In this document: piece by piece, positions 50,721-58,913 of the stretch
How positions within the stretch are numbered: the first letter of the stretch is position 1
How the letters are laid out: each line of letters opens with the position of its first letter
Assembly: GCA_023129115.1 (NCBI GenBank)
Contig: JAGMCR010000003.1
Location: 32,001-96,000 of the forward strand
Direction of reading: 5' to 3'
DNA length: 64,000 nt
From: Candidatus Iainarchaeum sp.
GTDB lineage: Archaea > B1Sed10-29 > WALL01
The notes under the pieces: model-generated
What the model was told of the DNA's origin: nothing
What the model saw: the letters and a program-made list of their open reading frames with translations, nothing else
Databases searched by the model: none
Position numbers and translations under genes: made by a program

Positions 50721-52075
50721 GCCATCGTGTAGATGGCTATTCCCTTCCTGTCCTCTATCTTTGCCTTCTTCAGCCCAACGATTGTGCCGACCTTCTTTTC
50801 TGCAGCCAAGTCGATGAGCCTCTGCGTTATGATGCCGTCGAACACGACCTTGTCAATCTCTTTCTTGGTCCGCATTTTGTTGACAAGCTCTGCGACCTGG
50901 ACTTCCCCGAGGGCCTTTCCGTCTTTGTTGAGGAGCACGGCCTTCATCGAGCCCTTTATCGTGTCGTAAATCTTGGACAGCTCATTGGGGACGGGCGTTG
51001 GTGCCGGCCTTTCCCGCCTCTCGCGTGGCTCGCGCCCACCGCGGTCACGGCTGCCGCGCTCGCTGCGTCCGCCACGTTCGCGGCCACCGCGCTCTCTTGA
51101 GTCGCGCCCGCTGCGCTCGCGGGGCTCACTGCGCCCACCACTGCGCTCACGGGGCTCACTGCGCCCACCACTGCGCTCACGGGGCTCACTGCGTCCACCA
51201 CTGCGCTCGCGGGGCTCGCGCCCTCCGCCGCGGAACGGCGTCCTGACAGAGCTCTTGAGCGCGAAGCGCTTGAACGGCAGGCGGTTCTTGAGGCACTTCA
51301 GGATTTCCTTTTGCGTGAGCTCCTCGACTTCCTTGCCGTCCGGCGCCTTGGCCACGTACTCCACCCTGCCGGAATCGCTGAAGTTTCGCACGACCATGTC
51401 GCCGCCGCGGTCCCCGTCAACGAACATCGTGACCTCTTTTGTCTTGGATAGCGCGACAACTGTCTTGGGTATGACCGCGCCCTTCAGCGAAATCATGTTC
51501 GTCATCCCTGCCTTCAGGAGCGTGAGCACGTCTGCCCTGCCCTCGACGACGATTATTTCGTCAGAAGAGTCGACGTCCGGGCCGGCGGGCAGCTTTTCCG
51601 GGCCGTAGAGCTTGAGCTTGGCCGTCTTTTGGCTGGCCTTGATTTCGCCCGTGAGCTCTTTGGTCTCCTTGTGCTCGCCCCCGAAGTCCTTGAGCAGTGC
51701 CTTGGCGCGATTCATCACGAAGTCACGCTTTGACGCGCGGGTGTCGTCGATGTCTTTTATCGCTATCTTGGCTGTGCACGGCCCGACGCGGTCCACTGTC
51801 TCGAGGACTGCGCCGATGAGTGCGGTCTCGCTCTTGTCGAGGCTGGACGGCAGCTCAATCGTGCCCTTGCACTTGCCCTTGTTTACCTTTATGTCGACCT
51901 CGATGCGGCCGATTTTTCCTGCCTTGAGGAGCTCGCGTAAGTCGAGCTCGTCAGTCAAAAGCCCCTCGGTCTGGCCGAAAATCGCGCCGACCACATCGGG
52001 CTTCTCGACGATTCCGTCGATTTCAATTGTTCCCTTGATTAGGTACTTTACGGTATCAATGTATGTTTTTCCCAT
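50717..52075 (-). CDS. dnaG: Archaeal DnaG (TOPRIM) protein
   Basis: MGKTY..TVKY, DVVGAIFGQTEGL, VEGRADV, DGDRGG, FDGIITQRL. Confidence 0.96.
   Translation of the reverse strand: MGKTYIDTVKYLIKGTIEIDGIVEKPDVVGAIFGQTEGLLTDELDLRELLKAGKIGRIEVDIKVNKGKCKGTIELPSSLDKSETALIGAVLETVDRVGPCTAKIAIKDIDDTRASKRDFVMNRAKALLKDFGGEHKETKELTGEIKASQKTAKLKLYGPEKLPAGPDVDSSDEIIVVEGRADVLTLLKAGMTNMISLKGAVIPKTVVALSKTKEVTMFVDGDRGGDMVVRNFSDSGRVEYVAKAPDGKEVEELTQKEILKCLKNRLPFKRFALKSSVRTPFRGGGREPRERSGGRSEPRERSGGRSEPRERSGGRSEPRERSGRDSRERGGRERGGRSERGSRDRGGREPRERRERPAPTPVPNELSKIYDTIKGSMKAVLLNKDGKALGEVQVAELVNKMRTKKEIDKVVFDGIITQRLIDLAAEKKVGTIVGLKKAKIEDRKGIAIYTMA
51111..51217. repeat. 30-bp coding tandem repeat (~3.5 copies) in dnaG
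   Basis: Unit CTGCGCTCRCGGGGCTCACTGCGYCCACCA, encoding GGRSEPRERS. Confidence 0.92.
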
Positions 52076-52081
52076 TTGTAT

Positions 52082-52465
52082 TCACCTGTTTATTTCGTTT
52101 TCAAACAGGGAGGGCACGTCCTCGAACTCGGTGTAGCCGAGCAGCTTTTTGAAGCGCGTGCGGAACGATAAGTCCGGCCTAACGCATTCGTTCAAGAAAG
52201 AGTCCCGCAGTCCCTTCGCCGCCTTTTTTCCGTAGGCGTCGAAGTCAGTGAGTATTATCACTTCCTGGCATTTCCCTGCCAGCTTTTCGGCCAGCTCGCT
52301 GTAAGGCGTCCTGGACAGCTGCTCCACGCGGCCCTTCATGCCGAGCGTGCGCAAAGCGCGCTCGTCATTGGGCCCCTCGACCACTGCAATCGCCCCCGAG
52401 TCGAGGGCGGATTGGAGGTCGGCGAGCAGGCGGTTCAGCTTGTCTGCCTTTTCAACTCCAGTCAT
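52082..52465 (-). CDS. Small TOPRIM-domain protein
   Basis: VVEGPND and ILTDFD..G. Confidence 0.9.
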   Translation of the reverse strand: MTGVEKADKLNRLLADLQSALDSGAIAVVEGPNDERALRTLGMKGRVEQLSRTPYSELAEKLAGKCQEVIILTDFDAYGKKAAKGLRDSFLNECVRPDLSFRTRFKKLLGYTEFEDVPSLFENEINR

Positions 52466-52743
52466 TTTATCAGTCTTTTGACCGAGTCAGCGTCTTTTGC
52501 CGTCAGCAGCGCCTTGCGCCGCGACTTGTGACCTGAAATGATTTTGACTTCTGCGGAAAGCATCTTTCCCAGCTCAGTAACGAGTTCCTGGTTTGCCTTC
52601 CCTTCAATTGCTTTGCTTTTTACTTTGACTTTGATGTCTCCTGTCCATTCGTCCTCGCCGGCGATTTGAAATTCCTTGCTGCCGGGGACGACGCGGACAT
52701 TGATGACTGCCCCCTTCGGGGTCTGTTTTATCACTCTTATCAC
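52462..52743 (-). CDS. DUF167/YggU family protein
   Basis: VRVVPGS, EGKANQEL, IISGHKSRRK. Confidence 0.88.
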   Translation of the reverse strand: MIRVIKQTPKGAVINVRVVPGSKEFQIAGEDEWTGDIKVKVKSKAIEGKANQELVTELGKMLSAEVKIISGHKSRRKALLTAKDADSVKRLIK

Positions 52744-52753
52744 ATTGTGAGTG

Positions 52754-52871
52754 GGAGTGTCGCCCCGCTGTAACACCCTTGGTCATGGGCCGAAGCCTTC
52801 CAGGGCTGACCCGCGGGGCTGTACTGCTCCTTGTTGACAACAACGGCATTGCCCGAAGGCTTCGAAGTGCC
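52754..52871 (-). ncRNA. Candidate structured RNA with two cUUCGg tetraloops and a possible pseudoknot
   Basis: GCC-UUCG-GGC, GGC-UUCG-GCC, GCCCCGC/GCGGGGC, GGUCA/UGACC; TATA box (TTTATAAA) upstream at ~52910. Confidence 0.45.
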
Positions 52872-52943
52872 ATCCAGAAGCAGCTGAAGGTATTGCTAAT
52901 GCTGCCCTTTATAAAGGTTCCTGTAAGGTTGTTGCAAATGGGC

Positions 52944-53630
52944 TTATCGGGGCTTCGGGGGCTTGAATCCCTTTAATTTGCCCCAGTTCTCCTCGTGGTG
53001 GTCGTGGAGCACGCCAATCTGGGCGTCTATTCGGTTTATTTCGTTTAGCCGGTGCTCCATCTCTTCTGCGATGAATGCTTCTTTTGCCTTACGCACGTCA
53101 ATGTCCCCGATTTTTTTTGCCTCGGAGAGCTTGAGCAAGTCCAGCAAAATGCCTTTTTGCTCCTTAAGGCCTATTGCCTTTTTTATCCGCTCACGCGCCT
53201 GCATGAGAAACAAAAACGATGCGCCGGTCGCGCCAACGTTGAAGATGGTATCTGATATCAACTGCGTTTCGCTGTAGGTGTCTGTCTTGAGTAGAACCAT
53301 GGGCACAACAAAAGCGGCGGCAAGGCTCGCCCCAGCCGCCACAGTGCTGGCGGCTATGCTGATCTTGTTTTTGATTATGTCTTTCTTGATTCCCTTGAGC
53401 CTTTCCTCAATTCCCTCGCCTTGCAGCGTGCCGTTGCCCACGTCGTTAAGCAAGTCATAGACGGCTTGATGCGCGTCCCTTATCTTTCTGAGGTTCTTCA
53501 TCCACTTGCTCGTGAAAAACCGGGTCTTTGGCTTCTTGCTGCAAAGCCTGTCGGTAATCTTGCTCAATCGCTTTGCGCCCTCGTATTCCTTCATCACGTC
53601 GCGCGGCAGGTATTTCTGGGGCTTGGCCAT
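52944..53630 (-). CDS. Hypothetical protein with two central hydrophobic helices
   Basis: Long ORF with TM-like segments and coiled-coil flanks. Confidence 0.65.
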   Translation of the reverse strand: MAKPQKYLPRDVMKEYEGAKRLSKITDRLCSKKPKTRFFTSKWMKNLRKIRDAHQAVYDLLNDVGNGTLQGEGIEERLKGIKKDIIKNKISIAASTVAAGASLAAAFVVPMVLLKTDTYSETQLISDTIFNVGATGASFLFLMQARERIKKAIGLKEQKGILLDLLKLSEAKKIGDIDVRKAKEAFIAEEMEHRLNEINRIDAQIGVLHDHHEENWGKLKGFKPPKPR

Positions 53631-53654
53631 GGCAAGGATTAGGGCGAGCGGCAT

Positions 53655-54464
53655 TTAAGCTTTTTTCGCCAGATAGGCCACGATGTCGGTCTTGGTGATG
53701 ATGCCCTTCAACTCGTTGTTGTCGATTACGACGATTGAGCCGATTCCCCGCTCGAGCATTAGCTTCGCGGCTGAGGCGGCGTCGCTCTTCGATGGGATGG
53801 TGTAGAGCTCTTGTTGCATCAGGTCCTCTACGATTGCGGGCTTGAAGTACACGGCCCGTGACTTGCCCTTGTCGCGCGGGTAGACCAGCTTGTCTGGCCG
53901 CAGGCCGTAGGTCGAGAGCGCGAGGTCGCGCGCCGTGAGGATGCCGATGGGCTTGCCGTCTATTACGACGAGGCGGCCGATGTCGTGCTCCTCCATCTCC
54001 TTGGCCGCGCGGAAAATCGAGTGGAACTTGCCGATGGTCTGGACGCTCGTTTTCATCAAGTCCGCGACAGCTGCTTCGCCTGGATAGTTCTTGACAAAGT
54101 AGCTGGTGAGGTCGGTCTTCGTGATTATGCCGAGGACCTGCTTGTTCTCCGAGTCGAAGACTATGACGGCGGGGGAGTTCGTGTCGGCAAAAAGCCCTGC
54201 CACTTCTTCCGGGGTGGTGTTCGGCCCGGTGAGCGCAACGTCCTCCTGCATAATCTCGGATGCCTTGACCGCGTCAATGGGCTCGTGCAGGCGGTAAAGC
54301 GCGTCGCTGATGCCGCGCTCGGTGACGACGCCGATGACTGTGCCCTTGTCGATTACGGGCAGCGTGGAAATCTTGTGCTGCACCAAGTGCCTGCGCACGT
54401 GTGCCACAGTGTCTTCAGGCCCGACGAAGTAGACGTCGCCCGTCATTATGTCCATAGCGTTCAT
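53655..54464 (-). CDS. CBS domain protein (4 CBS repeats)
   Basis: Repeated LPV..GVVT / GIITKTD motifs. Confidence 0.92.
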   Translation of the reverse strand: MNAMDIMTGDVYFVGPEDTVAHVRRHLVQHKISTLPVIDKGTVIGVVTERGISDALYRLHEPIDAVKASEIMQEDVALTGPNTTPEEVAGLFADTNSPAVIVFDSENKQVLGIITKTDLTSYFVKNYPGEAAVADLMKTSVQTIGKFHSIFRAAKEMEEHDIGRLVVIDGKPIGILTARDLALSTYGLRPDKLVYPRDKGKSRAVYFKPAIVEDLMQQELYTIPSKSDAASAAKLMLERGIGSIVVIDNNELKGIITKTDIVAYLAKKA

Positions 54465-54470
54465 GCTGGC

Positions 54471-55007
54471 TCACTCCCTGCACTCTGGGCACTTCAGCAC
54501 GCCTTGCATATTGACCAGCTCCTCGGAAAACGCGTTGCACGTCTCGCACACGCCAGAAATCTTGCGCACTTCCTTTTCGGGGAGGCCGCAGCGCATCTCG
54601 ACTGCCTCTGCGACGAGCTCGAAGAGCGCCGGCGAGACCGCGATTATGTCTGTTTCGGTCACGATGCCGACCAATTTGTTGTTGTCGACGACTGGGAGGC
54701 GCTTGATTTTCAGGTCGCGCATTACCTGGCTCGCCTTCTGCAGGTCAACGGTGGATTCAATTGTGCGGATTGGGTGGCTCATCACTTCCTTTATCAGGAT
54801 TTTTTTTGCGTCCTTGTGGTCGTAGAAGACGCGCTCGAGGAGGTTGCTGTCCGTCAGGATGCCGATTGGGTTGTGGTCCTCGGCCACAATGACCGAGCCT
54901 ATGTCGAGTTCGACCATGTACTTCAGGGCTTTTTCGCAGTTGTCGCCCGGCTTCACCGTGACGACGCTTTTTCGCATCACGTCAGCTATTTTGACTCCAA
55001 TTTGCAT
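54471..55007 (-). CDS. CBS-pair protein with C-terminal Zn ribbon
   Basis: GILTDSN, RLPV..GIVTETD, CETC..CPEC. Confidence 0.92.
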   Translation of the reverse strand: MQIGVKIADVMRKSVVTVKPGDNCEKALKYMVELDIGSVIVAEDHNPIGILTDSNLLERVFYDHKDAKKILIKEVMSHPIRTIESTVDLQKASQVMRDLKIKRLPVVDNNKLVGIVTETDIIAVSPALFELVAEAVEMRCGLPEKEVRKISGVCETCNAFSEELVNMQGVLKCPECRE

Positions 55008-55011
55008 TTGC

Positions 55012-55119
55012 TCACTCCTTTCCCTCTTTTTCCTTGAGCTCTTTCTCGCAGCGGCGGCAGATGCCGTTCTTGAGCTTGGCGTACTTGCCGCAGATGGAGC
55101 AGTTGGCCTGGACCTTCAT
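55012..55119 (-). CDS. Small Zn-finger protein, 35 aa (not in the ORF track)
   Basis: MKVQANCSICGKYAKLKNGICRRCEKE...; TATA box ~25 nt upstream; stop 4 nt before the next start. Confidence 0.65.
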   Translation of the reverse strand: MKVQANCSICGKYAKLKNGICRRCEKELKEKEGKE

Positions 55120-55236
55120 AACTGAGTATAGGGGAAGGAGGTATATAAGGGTAGTGTGGGGCTACTGGTGCAGGCTGGCGCCCTAGTGTGCCCACCGCGT
55201 GCAAATCCTAAGGGCCACGTTTGGGCCGGGCACTTT

Positions 55237-55740
55237 TTACCTCACCATTGACTGCAGGTTATGGAGCTCTTTTGGGTGGGGCTCTTCGTCTGGGTAGCCG
55301 AGTGCAATCAGGCAGATTGGGAAGATGTTTTCCCCGACGCCGAGCGCCTTTTGGATTTTGGCGCTGAGTGGGGAGTCGTCATAGCGCATCGCTATCCAGC
55401 ACGCGCCGAGGCCGAGGGCGTGCGCCGCGAGGAGCATGTTTTCGGCCGCGATTGCGCCGTCTGCAATCCAGCGCCTGGGGGACTTTGAGAGGTCGACGCA
55501 GACGCCGACGAGCACTGGCGCGTCGACCATCCAGTGTGAGGGGTGCGGCTTCTTGAGCGTGGAAAGCTCTTGTTTTTGCTTGCGGTCCTTCACTATGACG
55601 AATAGCCATGGCTCGCCGTCACACGCAGAAGGGGCGTGGCGCGCGCAGTCAAGGACTTCGTTCAGCAGCTCTCGCGGCACCGGCTTCGGCTTGAACTTGC
55701 GGATTGAGCGGCGGGTTTTTATGCACGTGATTGCGTCCAT
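55237..55740 (-). CDS. Nitroreductase family protein
   Basis: RRSIRKF, APSA..EPW, ENMLLAAHALGLGACW, LGYP. Confidence 0.93.
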   Translation of the reverse strand: MDAITCIKTRRSIRKFKPKPVPRELLNEVLDCARHAPSACDGEPWLFVIVKDRKQKQELSTLKKPHPSHWMVDAPVLVGVCVDLSKSPRRWIADGAIAAENMLLAAHALGLGACWIAMRYDDSPLSAKIQKALGVGENIFPICLIALGYPDEEPHPKELHNLQSMVR

Positions 55741-56031
55741 TCAAAACGCCTGCTGCGGGGCTGCTTCCCCGCCTTGGGGGGATGCCGCCGGCTTCGCCGC
55801 AGGCATCCCCCTGGTTTCTGCTTCGGGACCGGGCGCTTCTGCCTTTTCTATGCAGCGGATGTTCGAGAACGGAATGAAGCACGTTCGCTTTTCCTCTTCA
55901 CTGTCCTCGAAAGAGACAGTGACCCCAGCGTCGTTCACGCCGAGCAGGTCGGCGTAAATGCGCACGGGCTCTTCGTCGTCAATTGGCGCTTTCAAAACAA
56001 CAATTGCGTTTCCTGTAAAACCAATGTCCAT
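55741..56031 (-). CDS. Hypothetical small beta-rich protein
   Basis: ORF in operon with FIPFSNIRCIE and a low-complexity tail. Confidence 0.6.
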   Translation of the reverse strand: MDIGFTGNAIVVLKAPIDDEEPVRIYADLLGVNDAGVTVSFEDSEEEKRTCFIPFSNIRCIEKAEAPGPEAETRGMPAAKPAASPQGGEAAPQQAF

Positions 56032-56036
56032 GCTTT

Positions 56037-56510
56037 TCACCTGTTGATAACTTTTGGCAGGTCTTTGCTTGCCCCTGTCTTGACTATGTTGAGAAATTTG
56101 GTGAGGATGGCCCTGTTGGCCGCGGGCAGCTCCACTCTCAAGACGTGGAGGGTGTCGTGTTCGCCTGCCGCCACCTCGACCGTCGCGGTGGTTTTCTCGC
56201 CATTATACCGCTCTACCAAATTTTTTGCCTGGGCCTGGAACGTGTTTCTTGCTTTCTCGCTTGTGAAATACAATTCAATTGTGTGGATTCCCTCATTGTT
56301 GTGCATGACGTTCACGTGAGAAAAGTCGCGCAAGTACGAAAACTCGCTTTCCCCGAACTCCTTTAAAGACTCGCGTGTGGGCAAGTAGTTGTCGACCCAA
56401 AGTTTCCTTCTTTTTCCTTTGACGTTGAACCAGAATTTTTCTCTCGGCCTGCTGACCAAAAACCCGGCTTCTCCCCGGGTTCTTATGTCCACCAACTCTG
56501 GCTTCTTCAT
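56037..56510 (-). CDS. Hypothetical protein
   Basis: 157-aa ORF, AT-richer, co-oriented with the operon. Confidence 0.6.
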   Translation of the reverse strand: MKKPELVDIRTRGEAGFLVSRPREKFWFNVKGKRRKLWVDNYLPTRESLKEFGESEFSYLRDFSHVNVMHNNEGIHTIELYFTSEKARNTFQAQAKNLVERYNGEKTTATVEVAAGEHDTLHVLRVELPAANRAILTKFLNIVKTGASKDLPKVINR

Positions 56511-56516
56511 AACGAA

Positions 56517-56864
56517 TCACAAAAGCTTGTATTTTGAGAAGAACTTGTCGATTTCAATCTCAGGCGCTGGGCCTACGCCGAGCGCGGTCAGCGTGCCGGG
56601 CGGGATTTGGGTGTGGCCCGCGTCAGTGATGAGCGTGGAGGGGATTAGGTTCTTGACTTCCTCGAATAATTCAGTAAGCTCTTCCTTGGAGCCGACGCGC
56701 AGCACAATTTTCTTCATTCCCTCTGCGAGCCAGAGTGTGGCCCACTCCGGCTTTTTCTTGGCGGTGCGGAGGTAGGCCTCGATGGAGGCGTGCGCCCCCT
56801 GGGCAACGAGCTTGCCCTTGCCCATTTCGAGGTCCGTGCGCAAAACAATTGCTTGCTTGAACAA
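56517..56864 (-). CDS. pth2: Peptidyl-tRNA hydrolase Pth2
   Basis: KQAIVLRTDL.MGKGKL.AQ.AHA, DAGHTQI.PGT; TTG start with a GGTGG RBS. Confidence 0.95.
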   Translation of the reverse strand: MFKQAIVLRTDLEMGKGKLVAQGAHASIEAYLRTAKKKPEWATLWLAEGMKKIVLRVGSKEELTELFEEVKNLIPSTLITDAGHTQIPPGTLTALGVGPAPEIEIDKFFSKYKLL

Positions 56865-56866
56865 TG

Positions 56867-57535
56867 CTACCACCTGTTGAACTCTCCTAGGTAAGTGCCG
56901 TCGATGAGTGTGAGCTTCGCGCCCTCGAGGTCGACCCACTTTTCGTCGATTTTGTTGAGTGTGACGCCGCCGAGCAGCCTATTGAACGATGGCATGATTA
57001 ATAAAGGCTTGCCGAACGCGTGGGCCTCGACCCACATCTTTTCAGTCGTCCTCCCGCCGACAGAGTCGCGGAACTCGAACACCGGGTGCCAGTGCGACGC
57101 GACGAGGTGGGACGCATTTTCCACGTCACTGCGGAGCGGCCTGGCGTGGCCGTGGAACAATAAGTGGTCGCGGTAGGTGAAGCCGCGCGAGCCATAGACC
57201 TCAAGCCCCTCGAGCAATGGCTTCAGGCCCGCGTCGTGGTTGCCGAGGACGATGCGGAGCTCGGTGAGGCGGGAGAGGGTGGAGAGCAGCAGCGGGATTT
57301 CCTTGGCCTCCTGGCTGCTCAGGCTGGCGATGCGGTGCTTCAGGTCGCCGAGCACGAACAATTTTTTGGCGCGCGTCTGCTCGATGAGGGCGGTTATGTC
57401 GGACAGCATGCGCTTCGTGAGCGAGGGCAGGCGCACGCCCTTGGCGTGGAGCTCCTGCTCCAGGCCGATGTGCAGGTCGGCGATTACGAGGGCGTCGCGA
57501 ATCAAAAGCGCGGGCTTGCCGGGAACGAACTTCAT
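56867..57535 (-). CDS. Calcineurin-like metallophosphoesterase (ICC/PdeM-like)
   Basis: ADLHIG, LGDLKH, GNHD, HGH, SHWHP, MPSF. Confidence 0.9.
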   Translation of the reverse strand: MKFVPGKPALLIRDALVIADLHIGLEQELHAKGVRLPSLTKRMLSDITALIEQTRAKKLFVLGDLKHRIASLSSQEAKEIPLLLSTLSRLTELRIVLGNHDAGLKPLLEGLEVYGSRGFTYRDHLLFHGHARPLRSDVENASHLVASHWHPVFEFRDSVGGRTTEKMWVEAHAFGKPLLIMPSFNRLLGGVTLNKIDEKWVDLEGAKLTLIDGTYLGEFNRW

Positions 57536-57620
57536 TGGATAATTGGGGGTTGGGGGAGTATAAAAGGGTTTTTCGGGTGATGGTATTTATTGGCTAAAAG
57601 CAATAAGTATAGTGAGTTAA

Positions 57621-58856
57621 ATGCCGAGGAAAAGAGGAGGCAAAGGGCGCGGGGCGCGATACGAAAAGGAGCGAAAAGAAGAACGGAAGGACTATAAAGA
57701 CCGGGTAGAGTGGACAGAGTATAAAGAGGGGGTGAAGTGGGAGAAGCCCAAACGCGGGGCGCTGGAGCCACGGGGCCTGGCAGAGGCTAGAAAAGCCAAG
57801 GAAAAGGCGAGGGCGGCTTTAATCAAGGGCGTTACTGGGGAGATTAAGAAAGACTTCGAGAAAGAGGGTATGGAAATTGAGTGGGAGGCGCCGGAAGGCG
57901 AGCTCCGAGAGGGCTGGAGAAAGGACTTCCAGGAAAAGATGAGGGCGGGGGTGACCGAGAAGGTCATGGAAGAGATTGAGAAGGATATTGAGGCGGACCT
58001 CGAGGGAGAGCAAAAATGGGACGAGCCGGAGTGGATTGACAAGGAAATCCGGGCGCCGGAAGAGCCGGGAGTCGAGCGGGAGGAGCCGGGTGGAATCCTC
58101 GAAAACTTCAAAAAAACCATTGAACAGGACTTGGAATCGGGTGGGGGGAAGTTTGGCAGTTTTTTCCACAGCGGTGTTGACTACGGGCAAGTCGAGGAAA
58201 GCGTCAAGGAAGCGTTTAAAGACCACCCGGATTACCCTGCGTCGGGTAGTGGGTACCGACATGTGGATGTCAAAAACATAAAAGAGCCGAAGGTCGGGAC
58301 ACCGACGGCGAATCGGACTGAGCACGACCCCGGGAACCCGGAGCCGAGGCCCGGGACACGGGTGGAGCGGTTTGAAGGCAATTTAGAGCACGGCGACATA
58401 AGGATTGCCCACGGCAAGCTGACGGACGCGAATAACAAGCCGATTAAAATGGAGCAGATTCTTGAGAACGTCCATGATGGGTATAAGGGGCAGAATGCAT
58501 ATATGATAAATGTTATACGGAAAGTAAGGCCTAGCCTGGCTGAGCGCGAAAACTTCAGGACAGACGAGAATCATGGCGACAGGACAGTTAACGCACAAGT
58601 GGCAATTGTGCTGCCCGAAAGGGAGTACTTGAGGGTGAAGGAAGCGCTTGACGAGAACCCGATGGCCGCGCAGGAGCTGTTGGCCGACGTCCACGCAGAC
58701 TGGCAGAAAAAGCAGGACCCGGGGGTGGAGCCAAAGACAATGGAGCTCCAGACCGGAGAATTGCAGATGGCAACAATTAACTTTGTGGCAAAGAAAGAAG
58801 AGTTTGGGTCGCCCAAAAAGAAGGGGCTGCTCTCCCTTTTCAAGAAGAAAAAATAG
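57621..58856 (+). CDS. Hypothetical highly charged protein
   Basis: 411-aa ORF, Glu/Lys-rich, with strong coding-like purine bias; no recognised family. Confidence 0.7.
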   Translation: MPRKRGGKGRGARYEKERKEERKDYKDRVEWTEYKEGVKWEKPKRGALEPRGLAEARKAKEKARAALIKGVTGEIKKDFEKEGMEIEWEAPEGELREGWRKDFQEKMRAGVTEKVMEEIEKDIEADLEGEQKWDEPEWIDKEIRAPEEPGVEREEPGGILENFKKTIEQDLESGGGKFGSFFHSGVDYGQVEESVKEAFKDHPDYPASGSGYRHVDVKNIKEPKVGTPTANRTEHDPGNPEPRPGTRVERFEGNLEHGDIRIAHGKLTDANNKPIKMEQILENVHDGYKGQNAYMINVIRKVRPSLAERENFRTDENHGDRTVNAQVAIVLPEREYLRVKEALDENPMAAQELLADVHADWQKKQDPGVEPKTMELQTGELQMATINFVAKKEEFGSPKKKGLLSLFKKKK

Positions 58857-58913
58857 CTTCTCGGCAAGCCATAGGACGGCGGTTTTTAAAGGCTTTTCGC
58901 GTAGTATAACGCA

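Noticed and set aside
51111-51217. CRISPR-like 30-bp periodicity
   Set aside because: A contiguous in-frame coding repeat within dnaG with no spacers.
52754-52880. 5S rRNA, tRNA or fluoride riboswitch
   Set aside because: Lacks the 5S CCGAAC loop, a cloverleaf with T-loop, and the crcB P1 stem.
55012-55119. Ribosomal protein L40e/L37-type call for the small Zn finger
   Set aside because: Cysteine spacing and context do not match those families; left as a generic Zn finger.
56867-57535. Mre11 partner for nurA/herA
   Set aside because: Too short, divergently transcribed, and its motif pattern fits the ICC/PdeM-like phosphoesterases rather than Mre11.
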